Part shown: positions 20,986-40,500 of the stretch, in pieces
Layout: each line of letters opens with the position of its first letter
Numbering within the stretch: the first letter of the stretch is position 1
Source of the DNA: Polyangiales bacterium
GTDB lineage: Bacteria; Myxococcota_A; Polyangia; Polyangiales; JADJQN01
Reading direction: 5' to 3'
Assembly: GCA_964202905.1 (NCBI GenBank)
Contig: CAXNJO010000005.1
Span: 288,001-352,000, forward strand
DNA length: 64,000 nucleotides
The notes under the pieces: model-generated
What the model saw: the letters and a program-made list of their open reading frames with translations, nothing else
What the model was told of the DNA's origin: nothing
The model's database searches: none
Position numbers and translations under genes: made by a program

Positions 20986-21005
20986 ACGACTGAACCGTCA
21001 TTCAT
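20986..21005. repeat. 20-bp motif ACGACTGAACCGTCATTCAT, copy 1
   Basis: Identical to 32086-32105; contains a TGAA-N6-TTCA dyad. Confidence 0.85.
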
Positions 21006-21108
21006 TCACGCGCGGCCGGCGGCAGCGGCGCGGCGACGCCTGCGCACGCGCCGCGAGGCGTTTGGCGCGCGCGAGGCTCACCGGACCACGCGCGACGACG
21101 GCCGCGCG

Positions 21109-21627
21109 CTACGTCCGACAGAAGCGCTTCCACGACTCGGGGACGGGTCCGCCGAGCACGCGCTCGGCGCCGCGCTCGTCGAGGATCACGAACTTGAAGT
21201 CGCCCGAGAAGGCCTCGCGTCCCTCCTGCACGAGGCGCACCGCGATCTCGGCGACGCGTCCCTGATCGCGCGCGAGCCGGCCGCGGCCCTCGACGGGGAC
21301 GCCGACACGGATCGGCGCCGCGAGCTTCGCGGAGAACGACGCGGTGAAACCGAAGCGGCCGCGCAGACCGATCACCGTCCACGCCGCGACCTCGTCGGCG
21401 AGGGTGGAGACGAGCCCGCCGTGCATGAGACCGGGCGGCCCCTGGTGATGCGCGCCCGGCGTGAAGTGCGTGACCATCTCGTCACCTTCGCGCACGAACG
21501 CGAGGCGGAAGCCGATGGGGTGATCCGGCGCGCAGCCGAAGCAGGGCTGCCCCGCGCCGAAGAGGTGCCCGTCCACGGCCCCCTCGGGGAGACCCACGGA
21601 GATCGCCTCCCGGGGGCGGTCCTCCAT
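21109..21627 (-). CDS. PaaI-family hotdog thioesterase
   Basis: CFGCAPDHPIG and HQGPPGLMHGGLVSTLADE motifs. Confidence 0.88.
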   Translation of the reverse strand: MEDRPREAISVGLPEGAVDGHLFGAGQPCFGCAPDHPIGFRLAFVREGDEMVTHFTPGAHHQGPPGLMHGGLVSTLADEVAAWTVIGLRGRFGFTASFSAKLAAPIRVGVPVEGRGRLARDQGRVAEIAVRLVQEGREAFSGDFKFVILDERGAERVLGGPVPESWKRFCRT

Positions 21628-21629
21628 GC

Positions 21630-28661
<7,032 letters not shown>

Positions 28662-28768
28662 CAGCCGGAAATATCATGGGTTCCGTGGGCTACCAAGGGG
28701 CGTCTCGCGGCGTCCGTGCCTTCACGCGGCACCGCGCCGCGGCGCCCGCGCGGCCCGCTGCCGCCGCC

Positions 28769-29554
28769 CTACGCGGTCGTCCGCGCGAGCACGCTCACCC
28801 CGGGCAGCGCGCCGCGATCGACGCGCAACAGCGTGCCCGAAGGGACCTCGCGCCAGGGCTCGTCGCTGATCTGCTCGGAGGCGATGAGGACGGCGCCGCG
28901 GCGCGGGGTCCACGGCGTCTCGAGCGTCGCGAACGTCTCGACCGAGGTGCGCTCGGTGCGGACCTCGTCGCCCGGGCGGCGCGCGAGCGTGAAGAGCGTG
29001 CGGCCGAAGCGGTGCGCGTAGAGCACCTCGCCGTCGCCGAGCAGGAAATTCGCGGCGACGCCACTGCGCTTCACGAGCGCGCGCAGCGCGTCCGCGAGCG
29101 CGTCGTCGGGGGCGTCGGGGCGCGCGTCGAGCGCGGTGAGCAGATACGCGAAGAAGAGCTCGCTGTCCGTCTGCCCCACGATCTCGGCGAGGCGCTCGGG
29201 CGCGCAGTGCGCCCGCAGGAACGCCTGATCGTCGATCGTCCCGTTGTGCGCGAACGTCCAGCGGTCGCGCACGAAGGGGTGCGTGTTGTCGCGCCCGATC
29301 GCGCCGACCGTGCGCTTGCGGACGTGCGCGATCAGCACCCGCCCACGCCGCGTCGCGCTCACGGCCGCGAACTGCGCGTCTTCCTGCGCGCACGCAGGCT
29401 CCTTCTCGACCTGCCAGTCCGCGCCGTCGTGCACCGCGACGCCCCAGCCGTCCGGGTGCTCCGGGGAGAGCACCGCAAGACTGCGCGGGGCATCCCGCAA
29501 ACAGAAGCGGAAGTTCGTCGTCTCGCTCGCGACCACGCCGATGAGGCGGCACAT
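28769..29554 (-). CDS. Class II glutamine amidotransferase (YafJ/EgtC-like)
   Basis: N-terminal MCRL, HPDGWG, IAHVRK, NTHPF, FAHNG and GQTDSE motifs. Confidence 0.9.
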   Translation of the reverse strand: MCRLIGVVASETTNFRFCLRDAPRSLAVLSPEHPDGWGVAVHDGADWQVEKEPACAQEDAQFAAVSATRRGRVLIAHVRKRTVGAIGRDNTHPFVRDRWTFAHNGTIDDQAFLRAHCAPERLAEIVGQTDSELFFAYLLTALDARPDAPDDALADALRALVKRSGVAANFLLGDGEVLYAHRFGRTLFTLARRPGDEVRTERTSVETFATLETPWTPRRGAVLIASEQISDEPWREVPSGTLLRVDRGALPGVSVLARTTA

Positions 29555-29672
29555 GGCGCAGAGGATACGCCCGTCCGGGGTCCACGCGGCGCGTGAGCGC
29601 ACGGCGACCCCGCCGACGACCCGCCTGCGCGGCCCCTCGCCCACCGTGTCCGGCGACCCCAGACCCCGCCGC

Positions 29673-31148
29673 GTGACGGCTGCGGACTTCGACATCGCGG
29701 TGATCGGCGCGGGCTTCGGCGGCCTCGGGACGGCGCTCGCCGCGGCCGAGCGCGGGGCGCGCGTCGTGCTGCTCGAGACCCTCGCCTACCCGGGCGGCTG
29801 CGCATCGACCTTCACGCGCGGCGGCGTGCGCTACGAGTCGGGGGCGACGCTGTTCTCGGGCTTCGCGCCCGACCAGCTCTTCGCGCAGTGGATCGCCCGA
29901 CACGCGCTCGACGTGCGCTTCGTCCCGCTCGACCCGGTCATCACGCTGCGCGCGCCTGGGCTCTCGCTCGCGGTGCCCCCCGACCGCGCGCGACTCGTCG
30001 AGTCCATCGCGACGCTGCCCGGCGCGCCCTCGGAGCGCGTGCGGGCCTTCTTCGCCGAACAGGCGCGCGTGGCCGAGGCGCTCTGGGCGCTGCTCGCGGA
30101 TCCGACGCTGCTCCCGCCCTTCGGCGCGGCCGCGCTGCTGCGGCACGCCGCGCGGCTCCCGCAGTACCTGCCTGTCCTGCGCGTGATCGGCAAGCCGCTC
30201 GCCTCGGTGCTCGCGCGGCACGGCCTCGCGGACTTCGCGCCGCTTCGCACCTACGTCGACGCGATCTCTCAAATCACCGTGCAGGCGAGCGCGGCGGAGG
30301 CCGAGGCGCCCTTCGCGCTCTCCACGCTCGACTACCCCTTCCGCGGCACGGGCCACGTGCACGGCGGCGTCGGCAAGCTGGCGTGGGGCCTCGTCGCCGC
30401 GATCCGCGCGCTCGGCGGCGAGGTGCGTCTCCCTGACCGCGTGAACCGCGTCACGCGCGAGGGCGACGGCTACGTGCTCACGACGCGCAAGGGCACCGTG
30501 CGCGCGCGCCGCGTCGTGTTGAACCTGCTGCCGCAAGACGCCGCGAAGCTGCTCGACGTGCCGCTCCCCTCCGGCCTCGCGAAGCTCGCGGGCGAGGTCG
30601 CGCGCGGATGGGGTGCGGCGATGCTCTACCTGCGCGTGCGCGCCGACGCCGTGCACGAGGAGGGCCCCGCGCACCTCGAGCTGGTGAACGACGCGAACGC
30701 CCCTTTTCTCGAGGGAAACCACGTCTTCTGTTCGGTGAGCGGCCTCGACGAGCCGGACCGCGCGCCGCCGGGCGAGCGCACCGTGACGGTCTCCACGCAC
30801 GTCCCGCTCCCGCGGCTCGAGGCGCTCGAGGGCGAGGCGCGCGGCGCGTACGTGGCGGAGGTGCAGGCCGCGATGCGCCGCACGATCGAGGCCCGCGCGC
30901 CGGAGCTCGCCGCGGGCATCGTGCACGCGATGACGGGCAGCCCGCGCACCTTCGCGCGCTTCACCGGGCGGGCGGGCGGCGCGGTCGGCGGCGTGCCGCG
31001 ACGCGCGGGGCTGCACCATTACGTGGCCTTTCGCCCGCCGGAGCTCGCGCGGGGCGCGTTTCTGGTCGGCGACTCGGTCTTCCCCGGGCAGAGCACGCTC
31101 GCGACCGCGCTCGCCGGGGTGAAGCTCGCCGAAGCGCTCGCGCGCTGA
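29673..31148 (+). CDS. Phytoene desaturase-family FAD oxidoreductase (CrtD/CrtH-like)
   Basis: VIGAGFGGL, PGGCASTF, SPRTFARFTGR-GG-VGG and LVGDSVFPGQS motifs. Confidence 0.82.
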   Translation: MTAADFDIAVIGAGFGGLGTALAAAERGARVVLLETLAYPGGCASTFTRGGVRYESGATLFSGFAPDQLFAQWIARHALDVRFVPLDPVITLRAPGLSLAVPPDRARLVESIATLPGAPSERVRAFFAEQARVAEALWALLADPTLLPPFGAAALLRHAARLPQYLPVLRVIGKPLASVLARHGLADFAPLRTYVDAISQITVQASAAEAEAPFALSTLDYPFRGTGHVHGGVGKLAWGLVAAIRALGGEVRLPDRVNRVTREGDGYVLTTRKGTVRARRVVLNLLPQDAAKLLDVPLPSGLAKLAGEVARGWGAAMLYLRVRADAVHEEGPAHLELVNDANAPFLEGNHVFCSVSGLDEPDRAPPGERTVTVSTHVPLPRLEALEGEARGAYVAEVQAAMRRTIEARAPELAAGIVHAMTGSPRTFARFTGRAGGAVGGVPRRAGLHHYVAFRPPELARGAFLVGDSVFPGQSTLATALAGVKLAEALAR

Positions 31149-31246
31149 CGGCGCGCACGAGCCCGGGCACCGCGCCGCGCCGCGGCGGTTACTCGCCCGC
31201 CCGAGCGGCGTTTGGTAAAGCTCCCGCCCCACTCCGAGGTGCGCAC

Positions 31247-31836
31247 GTGTCCGAGCCGTCTCTCTCGTTCGTCTCCCGCTTCGTGCTCGCGTACATCGCG
31301 TTCTGGAAGATCCTCGTCGACGGGGTCTTCGCGGCGCGCGTGCAGGCCGCCCGCAGCGTCGGCCGCGACGGGGTGCCCGCGCTCCCTGCCGAGGAGCCGT
31401 CGGTGCGCCTCGAAGCGCCCGCGATCCCCAAGGCCGCGCCGCCCCCGCGCCTCCGCGAGGCCCCGACGGACGCCGCGCTCCAGCTCCTCGCCCTGCTCCA
31501 GCGCGAGGGCCGGTTCATCGACTTCGTGAAGGAAGACGTCTCGTCCTTCTCCGACGCGGAGATCGGCGCGGCGGCGCGCGTGGTGCACGACGGCTGCGCG
31601 CGCGCGCTCGGCGAGCACATGCAGATCCGCGAGGTGCGGAGCGAGCCCGAGGAGGCGCGCGTCACGCTCGAGGAGGGCTTCGCGGCGCAGGGCGTGCGCG
31701 TCACCGGCAACGTCCACGGCGAGCCGCCCTTCACCGGCACGCTGCGCCACCGCGGCTGGCGCGCCGCGGAGATCCGGCTGCCGCAGCTGGCCGAGGGACA
31801 CGACGTCGCCGTGATCGCGCCCGCCGAGGTCGAGCT

Positions 31837-31840
<4 letters not shown>
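31247..31840 (+). CDS. DUF2760-family protein
   Basis: ALQLLALLQREGRFIDF...IGAAARVVHDGC...GTLRHRGW...VIAPAEVEL; GAGGT RBS; GTGA overlap with the next gene. Confidence 0.88.
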
Positions 31841-33684
<1,844 letters not shown>

Positions 33685-33837
33685 GCGCCCGCTCCCGGGT
33701 GCCTGCCCCGCGCAGGCGAGACGACACGTCTGCGACACATCAAGAAGGTTGATAGGTCGTCCGTCGGGCTCCTCCGGGCGCCGCCCCCAGACCCGCCGCC
33801 GCGCCCCGAGCCCGACCTGCTACCCTCCGCGGCCGTC

Positions 33838-36682
33838 ATGGCCGCTGCGCGCTACCTCGTCGGCATCGACCTCGGCACCACGCACACCGTCGTCGCCTTC
33901 GCGGACACCGCGGGGCTCGCCGAGGGCGCGGTGCCGTCGGTGCACACCTTCGACGTCGCGCAGCTCGTCGCGCCCGGTGAGGTCGCGCCGCGCCCGCTGC
34001 TGCCCTCGCTCCGCTACCACGCCGCGCCGGGCGAGCTCGCCGAGAGCGACACGCAGCTCCCGTGGCATCCGCCCGACCTCGGCCCCGAGACGCCGCCCGC
34101 CGTGATCGGCGCCCTCGCGCGCACGCTCGGCGCGCGCAGCCCCGCGCGGCTCGTCGCGAGCGCGAAGAGCTGGCTCTCGCACGCAGGCGTCGACCGCACC
34201 GCGCGCATCCTCCCGTGGTCGGCCGCGAGCACCGCGCCGCACGACGACGTCCCGCGCGTCTCGCCCGTCGCCGCGAGCGCGAGCTACCTCGCGCATCTGC
34301 GTTGCAGCTGGGACGCGCAGCACCCCGCGCACCCGCTCCGCGCGCAGGAGGTGGTGCTCACCGTGCCCGCGTCCTTCGACGAGGCCGCGCGCGCCCTCAC
34401 GTTGCGGGCCGCGCGTGACGCGGGGCTCGGCGCGGTGCGCCTCGTCGAAGAGCCGCAGGCGGCCTTCTACCACTTCCTCGATCGTCACCGCGCCGACGTC
34501 ACGGCCGCGCTCGCGGACGTGCGCCTCGCGCTCGTCGTGGACGTCGGCGGCGGCACGACGGACCTCACGCTCATCCAGGTCGAGCTGCGCGAGAGCGGAC
34601 CGCGTCTCACGCGCATCGCGGTCGGCGAGCACCTCATGCTCGGCGGCGACAACATGGACCTCGCGCTCGCACGGCGCGCCGAGCAGCGGCTCGTCGGCAC
34701 GGGGACGAGCGGGCAGGCCGTCGCGCTGCCGGCCGCGCGCTTCGGCGAGCTCGTCGCGCAGTGCCGCGACGCCAAGGAGCGCATGCTCTCGCCCGGCGCG
34801 CCCGAGTCCGTCCGCGTCACCGTGCTCGGCGGCGGCTCGCGCCTCGTCGCCTCCGCGAAGACCACCGAGCTCACGCGCGCCGAGGTCGACGAGGTCGTGC
34901 GCAACGGCTTCTTTCCCGACGTCGCCGAGACGGAGCGCCCCGCGCGCCGCCGCACCGGCCTCGTGGAGCTGGGCCTGCCCTTCACCGCGGACGCCGGCAT
35001 CACGCGGCACATCGCGGCCTTCCTCGCCGCGCACGCCGAGCTCTCGCGCGCCGCGCTCGGCGATCGCGCCCCCGCAGGCGAGGCGCTGCCGATACCCGAC
35101 GCCGTGCTCCTGAACGGCGGCGTCTTCCACGGCGCGCCGCTCTCCACGCGGCTGCTCGAGGTGCTCGCTCAATGGCGCGGCGGTGCGAGGCCCACGCTCC
35201 TCCCCAACGACGCGCCCGATCTCGCGGTCGCGCGCGGCGCCGTCGCCTACGGCCTCGCGCGGCGCGGCGTGGGCCTGCGCATCGGCGGCGGCAGCGCGCG
35301 CAGCTACCACGTCGTCGTGAGCGGCCAGGCGGGCGGGCCACGCCGCGCCGTGTGCCTGCTGCCGCGCGGCGCCGAAGAGGGCGAGGAGCTCGTGCTCCGC
35401 GAGCGCGCGTTCACGCTGCGCGTCGGCGAGCCGGTGCGTTTCCACCTCGTCACCTCGACGGCCGAAGCGCGGGCCTGGCGCGCGGGCGAGCTCTTCGACC
35501 TCGACCCGGACGACGCGACCTTCGCGGATCTCCCGCCCATCATCGCGGTCCTCGAGTCCGAGGGCGGCGCCGCGCGCGGCGAGGTCCCCGTGCGCCTCGC
35601 CGCCGCGCTCACCGAGGTCGGCACGCTCGAGCTGAGCTGCCTCGAAGAGCCGGGCGGCCGCCGCTGGAAGCTCGAGATGGGCCTGCGCGGCGAGGCCAGC
35701 GACGAGGGCACGCCGCGCGCGATCACGCAGCTCCACCCGCGCTTCGCCGAGGCGACCGCCCGCATCCACGCCTTCTACGGCAAGAGCGCGCAGGACGTCG
35801 CCGCCAAGGAGATCAAGACGCTGCGCCAGGACCTCGAGCGCATCCTCGGCGCGCGCGAGACGTGGTCGACACCGCTGCTCCGCGAGCTCTTCAATGCCCT
35901 GCTCGCAGGCGCCAAACGCCGCCGCCGCAGCGCCGATCACGAGCGTGTGTGGTTTAACCTGTCCGGCTACTGCCTGCGCCCCGGTTTCGGCTATCCGCTC
36001 GACGACTGGCGCACGAAGCAGCTCTGGGCGCTCTTCGCCGAAGGCGTGCAGTTCGCGCCCGAGGCGCAGGTCTGGTCCGAGTGGTGGACGCTCTGGCGCC
36101 GCGTCGCGGGCGGCCTCGACGAAGCCGCGCAGACCCGCCTCGTCGACACGCTCGCGTACCACCTGATGCCGCCCTCGCCGCGCCCGCGCCCGCGCCCGAA
36201 GGGCCCCAAGATGCTCGGCCACGACGACATGGTGCGGTTGGTCGGGTCGCTCGAGCGCCTCGACCCCGCGAAGAAGGCGGAGGTCGGCGGCTGGCTCCTC
36301 GAGCGACTCACCAAGCACGACGAGCCGAAGCAGACGTGGTGGGCGGTCGGCCGCCTCGGCGCGCGCGTGCCCTTCTACGGCAGCGCGCACCAGGTGCTCC
36401 CCCGCGACACCGCGATGGCCTGGCTCGCCCTCGCGCTCCGACAGGACTGGGCGAAGGTCGACACCGCGATGTTCGCCGCCGCCCAGCTCGCGCGCGCCTC
36501 GGGCGACCGCGGGCGCGATCTCCCCGAAGCGCTCCGCCTCGAGGTCGCCGACCCGCCTCGAGCGCGCCGGCGCCCCCGCCGCGTGGCCCATGATGGTGCG
36601 CGAGCCGACGGTGCTCGCGGAGGCCGAAGAGCGCCGCGTCTTCGGCGAGTCGCTGCCGCCCGGCCTCGTCCTCGTCGAGTAG
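33838..36682 (+). CDS. Atypical Hsp70-family protein with C-terminal DUF3731-like helical domain (frameshift about 36553)
   Basis: Same NBD motifs; tail with WFNLSGYCLRPGFGYPLDDWR, WWTLWRRVAGGL and WAVGRLGARVPFYG; the conserved end VFGESLPPGLVLVE-TAG (36680-36682) is in a shifted frame. Confidence 0.88.
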
Positions 36683-36713
36683 CCCCGGCCCCGCGCGAGC
36701 TCCCCCGAATCCC

Positions 36714-37460
36714 ATGCTCGCCGCCGGCACCCTCCACCGACTCGGGCCCTTCGACATCCCCGGCGTCGGCGCGCGGCACCTGCGCGCCTACGTCCCGCAC
36801 GCGCGCCCGAAGCGGCGCCCGCCGCGGCTGCTCGTGCTCTTCGACGCGCAGAACGTGTTCGACGACGGGCCCGCGTTCAGCGGTGTCGGCTGGCACGTGC
36901 ACACGGCCGCCGAATCACTGCGCGCGCTCGCGCCCGTGATCGTCGCCGTCGAACACGGCGGCAGCGCGCGGCTCGACGAGCTCTCGCCCTTCGCCACCGA
37001 GCGCTCGCGCGGCCAGCTCCCCGCGCTCGTGGCGTGGCTCGCCGACGAGGTCGTCACCGACGCGTGGAAGAAGCTCGGCGTGCTCCCCGAGCCGCGCGGC
37101 ACGATGATCGGCGGCTCCTCGATGGGCGGGCTCGCCGCGATGTACGCGCACCACGCGCGCCCCGATCGCTTCGGCGCCGCGCTCTGCATGTCGTCGTCGT
37201 TCTGGTTCGGTCACGGCCGCATCGCGGAGTACGTCGCGCGCAGCCCGCGCCCGCTCGCCTCGCGCATCTACCTCGACGTCGGCAGCCGCGAAGGCCGCGG
37301 CATGGTCGAGGGCTCGCGCAGCCTCGCGGCCCTCTTGCGCGCCCGCGGCTACGGCGACGAAACCCTGAAATTCCGGCTCGATCCGCGCGGTCGCCACGAC
37401 GAGCGCGCCTGGCGTCGACGCTTCGGTGGGGCCGTGCGCTTCCTCGCTCGCGCGCGCTGA
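36714..37460 (+). CDS. Alpha/beta hydrolase (Fes/IroE-like putative esterase)
   Basis: FDAQNVFD, GGSSMGG nucleophile elbow, IYLDVG and HDERAW motifs. Confidence 0.85.
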   Translation: MLAAGTLHRLGPFDIPGVGARHLRAYVPHARPKRRPPRLLVLFDAQNVFDDGPAFSGVGWHVHTAAESLRALAPVIVAVEHGGSARLDELSPFATERSRGQLPALVAWLADEVVTDAWKKLGVLPEPRGTMIGGSSMGGLAAMYAHHARPDRFGAALCMSSSFWFGHGRIAEYVARSPRPLASRIYLDVGSREGRGMVEGSRSLAALLRARGYGDETLKFRLDPRGRHDERAWRRRFGGAVRFLARAR

Positions 37461-37511
37461 GCGCCGCTGAAATCCGACCGTTCCACGCGTACTCTCGGGC
37501 CCCGAGGCCCC

Positions 37512-40500
37512 ATGAACCGCTTCCTTTCCCGCTCCCCGTCCACGCTCCTCGCCGCCACGCTCGCCGCCTGCGCCGCCCTCTTCGCCGCAGGCACCGCCGA
37601 CGCGCAGACGACCATCTCGGGCGGCAACGTCATCAACCAGACGTGGACGACGGCCGGCTCCCCCTACACCGTGCAGGGCGACATCATCGTCCCTGCCGGC
37701 GCCTTCCTCACCATCGAGTCCGGCGTCGAGGTGCGCTTCACCACGACGGACGCGCTCGCAGCGAACAGCGACACCGCGCGCGTCGAACTCATCGTGCGCG
37801 GTCAGCTCACCGTCAACGGCACGGCCGGTTCGCCCGTCCGCTTCCGCTCCACGACGGGCACGGCCGCAGGGTCCTGGGTCGGCCTCATCGTCGAATCCGG
37901 CGCGACTTCCGCATCCATCCAGGGCGCGATCATCGAGCACGCCGCCAACGGACTTCGGACCTCGCTCCCGGGCCTCACGCTCACCGACTCGACGGTCCGC
38001 ACGAACGCGAATGGCCTGCTCATCGCGGCGGGCAATCCCACCCTCGCGAACATCACCGCGACGGGCAACTCCACCGGCATCCGCGTCGAGACCGCCGGAG
38101 CGCTCTCGCTCCAGGGCTGCCTGCTCACCGGCAACACCACCGGCATCGAGGTCTTGCAGAGCGCCGGCTCCGCGGCCTCGAGCGCCGCGGGCTGCACCAT
38201 CGACGCCCAGACCAGCGTCGGTGTGCTCACGAACTCCGCGGCCGGCGGCGTCTTCAACCTCTCCAACTCCATCGTGACCAACGGCGGTTCGTATGGCGTC
38301 TATCGCCAGTCGAGCGGCACCTTCAACGTCACGTATTCCGACGTCTGGAACAACCCCTCCGGCAATACCTTCAATCTCACGCTCGGCACGGGCTGCTTCA
38401 ACGCGAATCCCCTCTTCGTCTCCGCGACCAATCGCCGCCTCACCTCCAACAGCCCCGCGCGCTTCGCGGGGATGAGCGGCGAGGACCTCGGCTTCCTCCC
38501 CTACGTCAGCGACGCGACGGTCGGCCTGCTCGGCACGCTCTGGGTGAATACCACCCTCCCGTCCGGCACGAATACCCTCCTCGGCGATCTCACCGTCGCC
38601 CCCGGCGTCACGCTCACCGTCCCCGCCGGTGCCACGGTGTCTGCCGCGACGACCGATCAGATGCGCGCCTACACCGACACGAGCCGCGTCGAGCTGCGCG
38701 TGTTCGGCACGCTCATCGCCGTCGGCACCAGCGGTTCGCCGATCACCTTCACCTCGGCGGGCACCGCGGCCGGGTCCTGGTACGGCGTCGAGTTCCAGTC
38801 GACCGCGCCCGCCGGTTCGCGCATCGAACAGGCGGTGATCGAAGAGGCCGCATCCGGCATCCACCACCGCTCGACGGCTGCGCAGATCGTGCGCGAAACC
38901 ACCTTCCGCACCAATGCCAACGGCCTGCTGATCGCCACCGGCACACCCACGCTCGCGAACCTCACGGGCACCAACAACGCGACGGCCATCCGCGTCGAGT
39001 CGACCGGCGCGCTCGCCCTCGTCGGCTGCCTGCTCACCGGCAACACCACGGGCATCGAGGTCTTGCAGAACGCAAGCTCCGCGGCCTCGAGCGCCGCGGG
39101 CTGCACCATCGACGCCCAGACCAGCGTCGGTGTGCTCACGAACTCCGCGGCCGGCGGCGTCTTCAACCTCTCCAACTCCATCGTGACCAACGGCGGTTCG
39201 TATGGCGTCTATCGCCAGTCGAGCGGCACCTTCAACGTCACGTATTCCGACGTCTGGAACAACCCCTCCGGCAATACCTTCAATCTCACGCTCGGCACGG
39301 GCTGCTTCAACGCGAATCCCCTCTTCGTCTCCGCGACCAATCGCCGCCTCACCTCCAACAGCCCCGCGCGCTTCGCGGGGATGAGCGGCGAGGACCTCGG
39401 CTTCCTCCCCTACGTCAGCGACGCGACGGTCGGCCTGCTCGGCACGCTCTGGGTGAATACCACCCTCCCGTCCGGCACGAATACCCTCCTCGGCGATCTC
39501 ACCGTCGCCCCCGGCGTCACGCTCACCGTCCCCGCCGGTGCCACGGTGTCCGCCGCGACGACCGATCAGATGCGCGCCTACACCGACACGAGCCGCGTCG
39601 AGCTGCGCGTGTTCGGCACGCTCATCGCCGTCGGCACCAGCGGTTCGCCGATCACCTTCACCTCGGCGGGCACCGCGGCCGGGTCCTGGTACGGCGTCGA
39701 GTTCCAGTCGAGCGCGCCCGCCGGCTCGCGCATCGAATACGCCGTGTTCGAAGAGGCCGCCTCGGGCCTCCACCACCGCTCGACGGCCGCACAGATCGTG
39801 CGTGACGTCACCTTCCGCACCAACGCCAACGGCCTGCTGATCGCGGCGGGCACACCCGCGCTCGAGAACCTCACGGGCACCAACAACTCGACCGCCATCC
39901 GCGTCGAATCGGCCGGTGCGCTCGCCCTCGCCAACTGCTTGCTCACCGGCAACACCACCGGCATCGAGGTCTTGCAGAACGCGGGCTCCGCGCCCTCGAA
40001 CGCGTCGGGTTGCACCATCGACGCCCAGACCAGCGTCGGTGTGCTCACGAACTCCGCGTCCGGCGGCGTCTTCAACCTCTCCAACTCCATCGTGACCAAC
40101 GGCGGTTCGTATGGCGTCTATCGCCAGTCGGGCGGCACCTTCAACGTCACGTATTCCGACGTCTGGAACAACCCCTCCGGCAATACCTTCAATCTCACGC
40201 TCGGCACGGGCTGCTTCAGCGCGAATCCGCAGTACGTGGCCCCCACGGATCGTCATCTCCAGCCCTCGAGCGTCGCCATCGACGTCGGCACGGCGACGGG
40301 CGCGCCGGCCTTCGACCTCGAGCGGCGCACGCGCCCGCTCAACGGCGATGGGCTCGGTGGCGCCGCGCACGATCTCGGCGCGTACGAATACGCGCCCCTC
40401 GTCTTCTGCGGCGACGGCATCGTGCAGTCCGGCGAGACCTGCGACAGCGGCGCGTCCAACGGCAGCTACGGCGCCTGCAACTCGACCTGCACCGGACTCG

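Noticed and set aside
29673..31148. Carotenoid biosynthesis cluster
   Set aside because: Only one desaturase-family gene is present; no crtB, crtE or crtY neighbours.
36540..36570. Programmed ribosomal frameshifting at the gene breaks
   Set aside because: No shared slippery motif, and the breaks hit unrelated genes at arbitrary positions.
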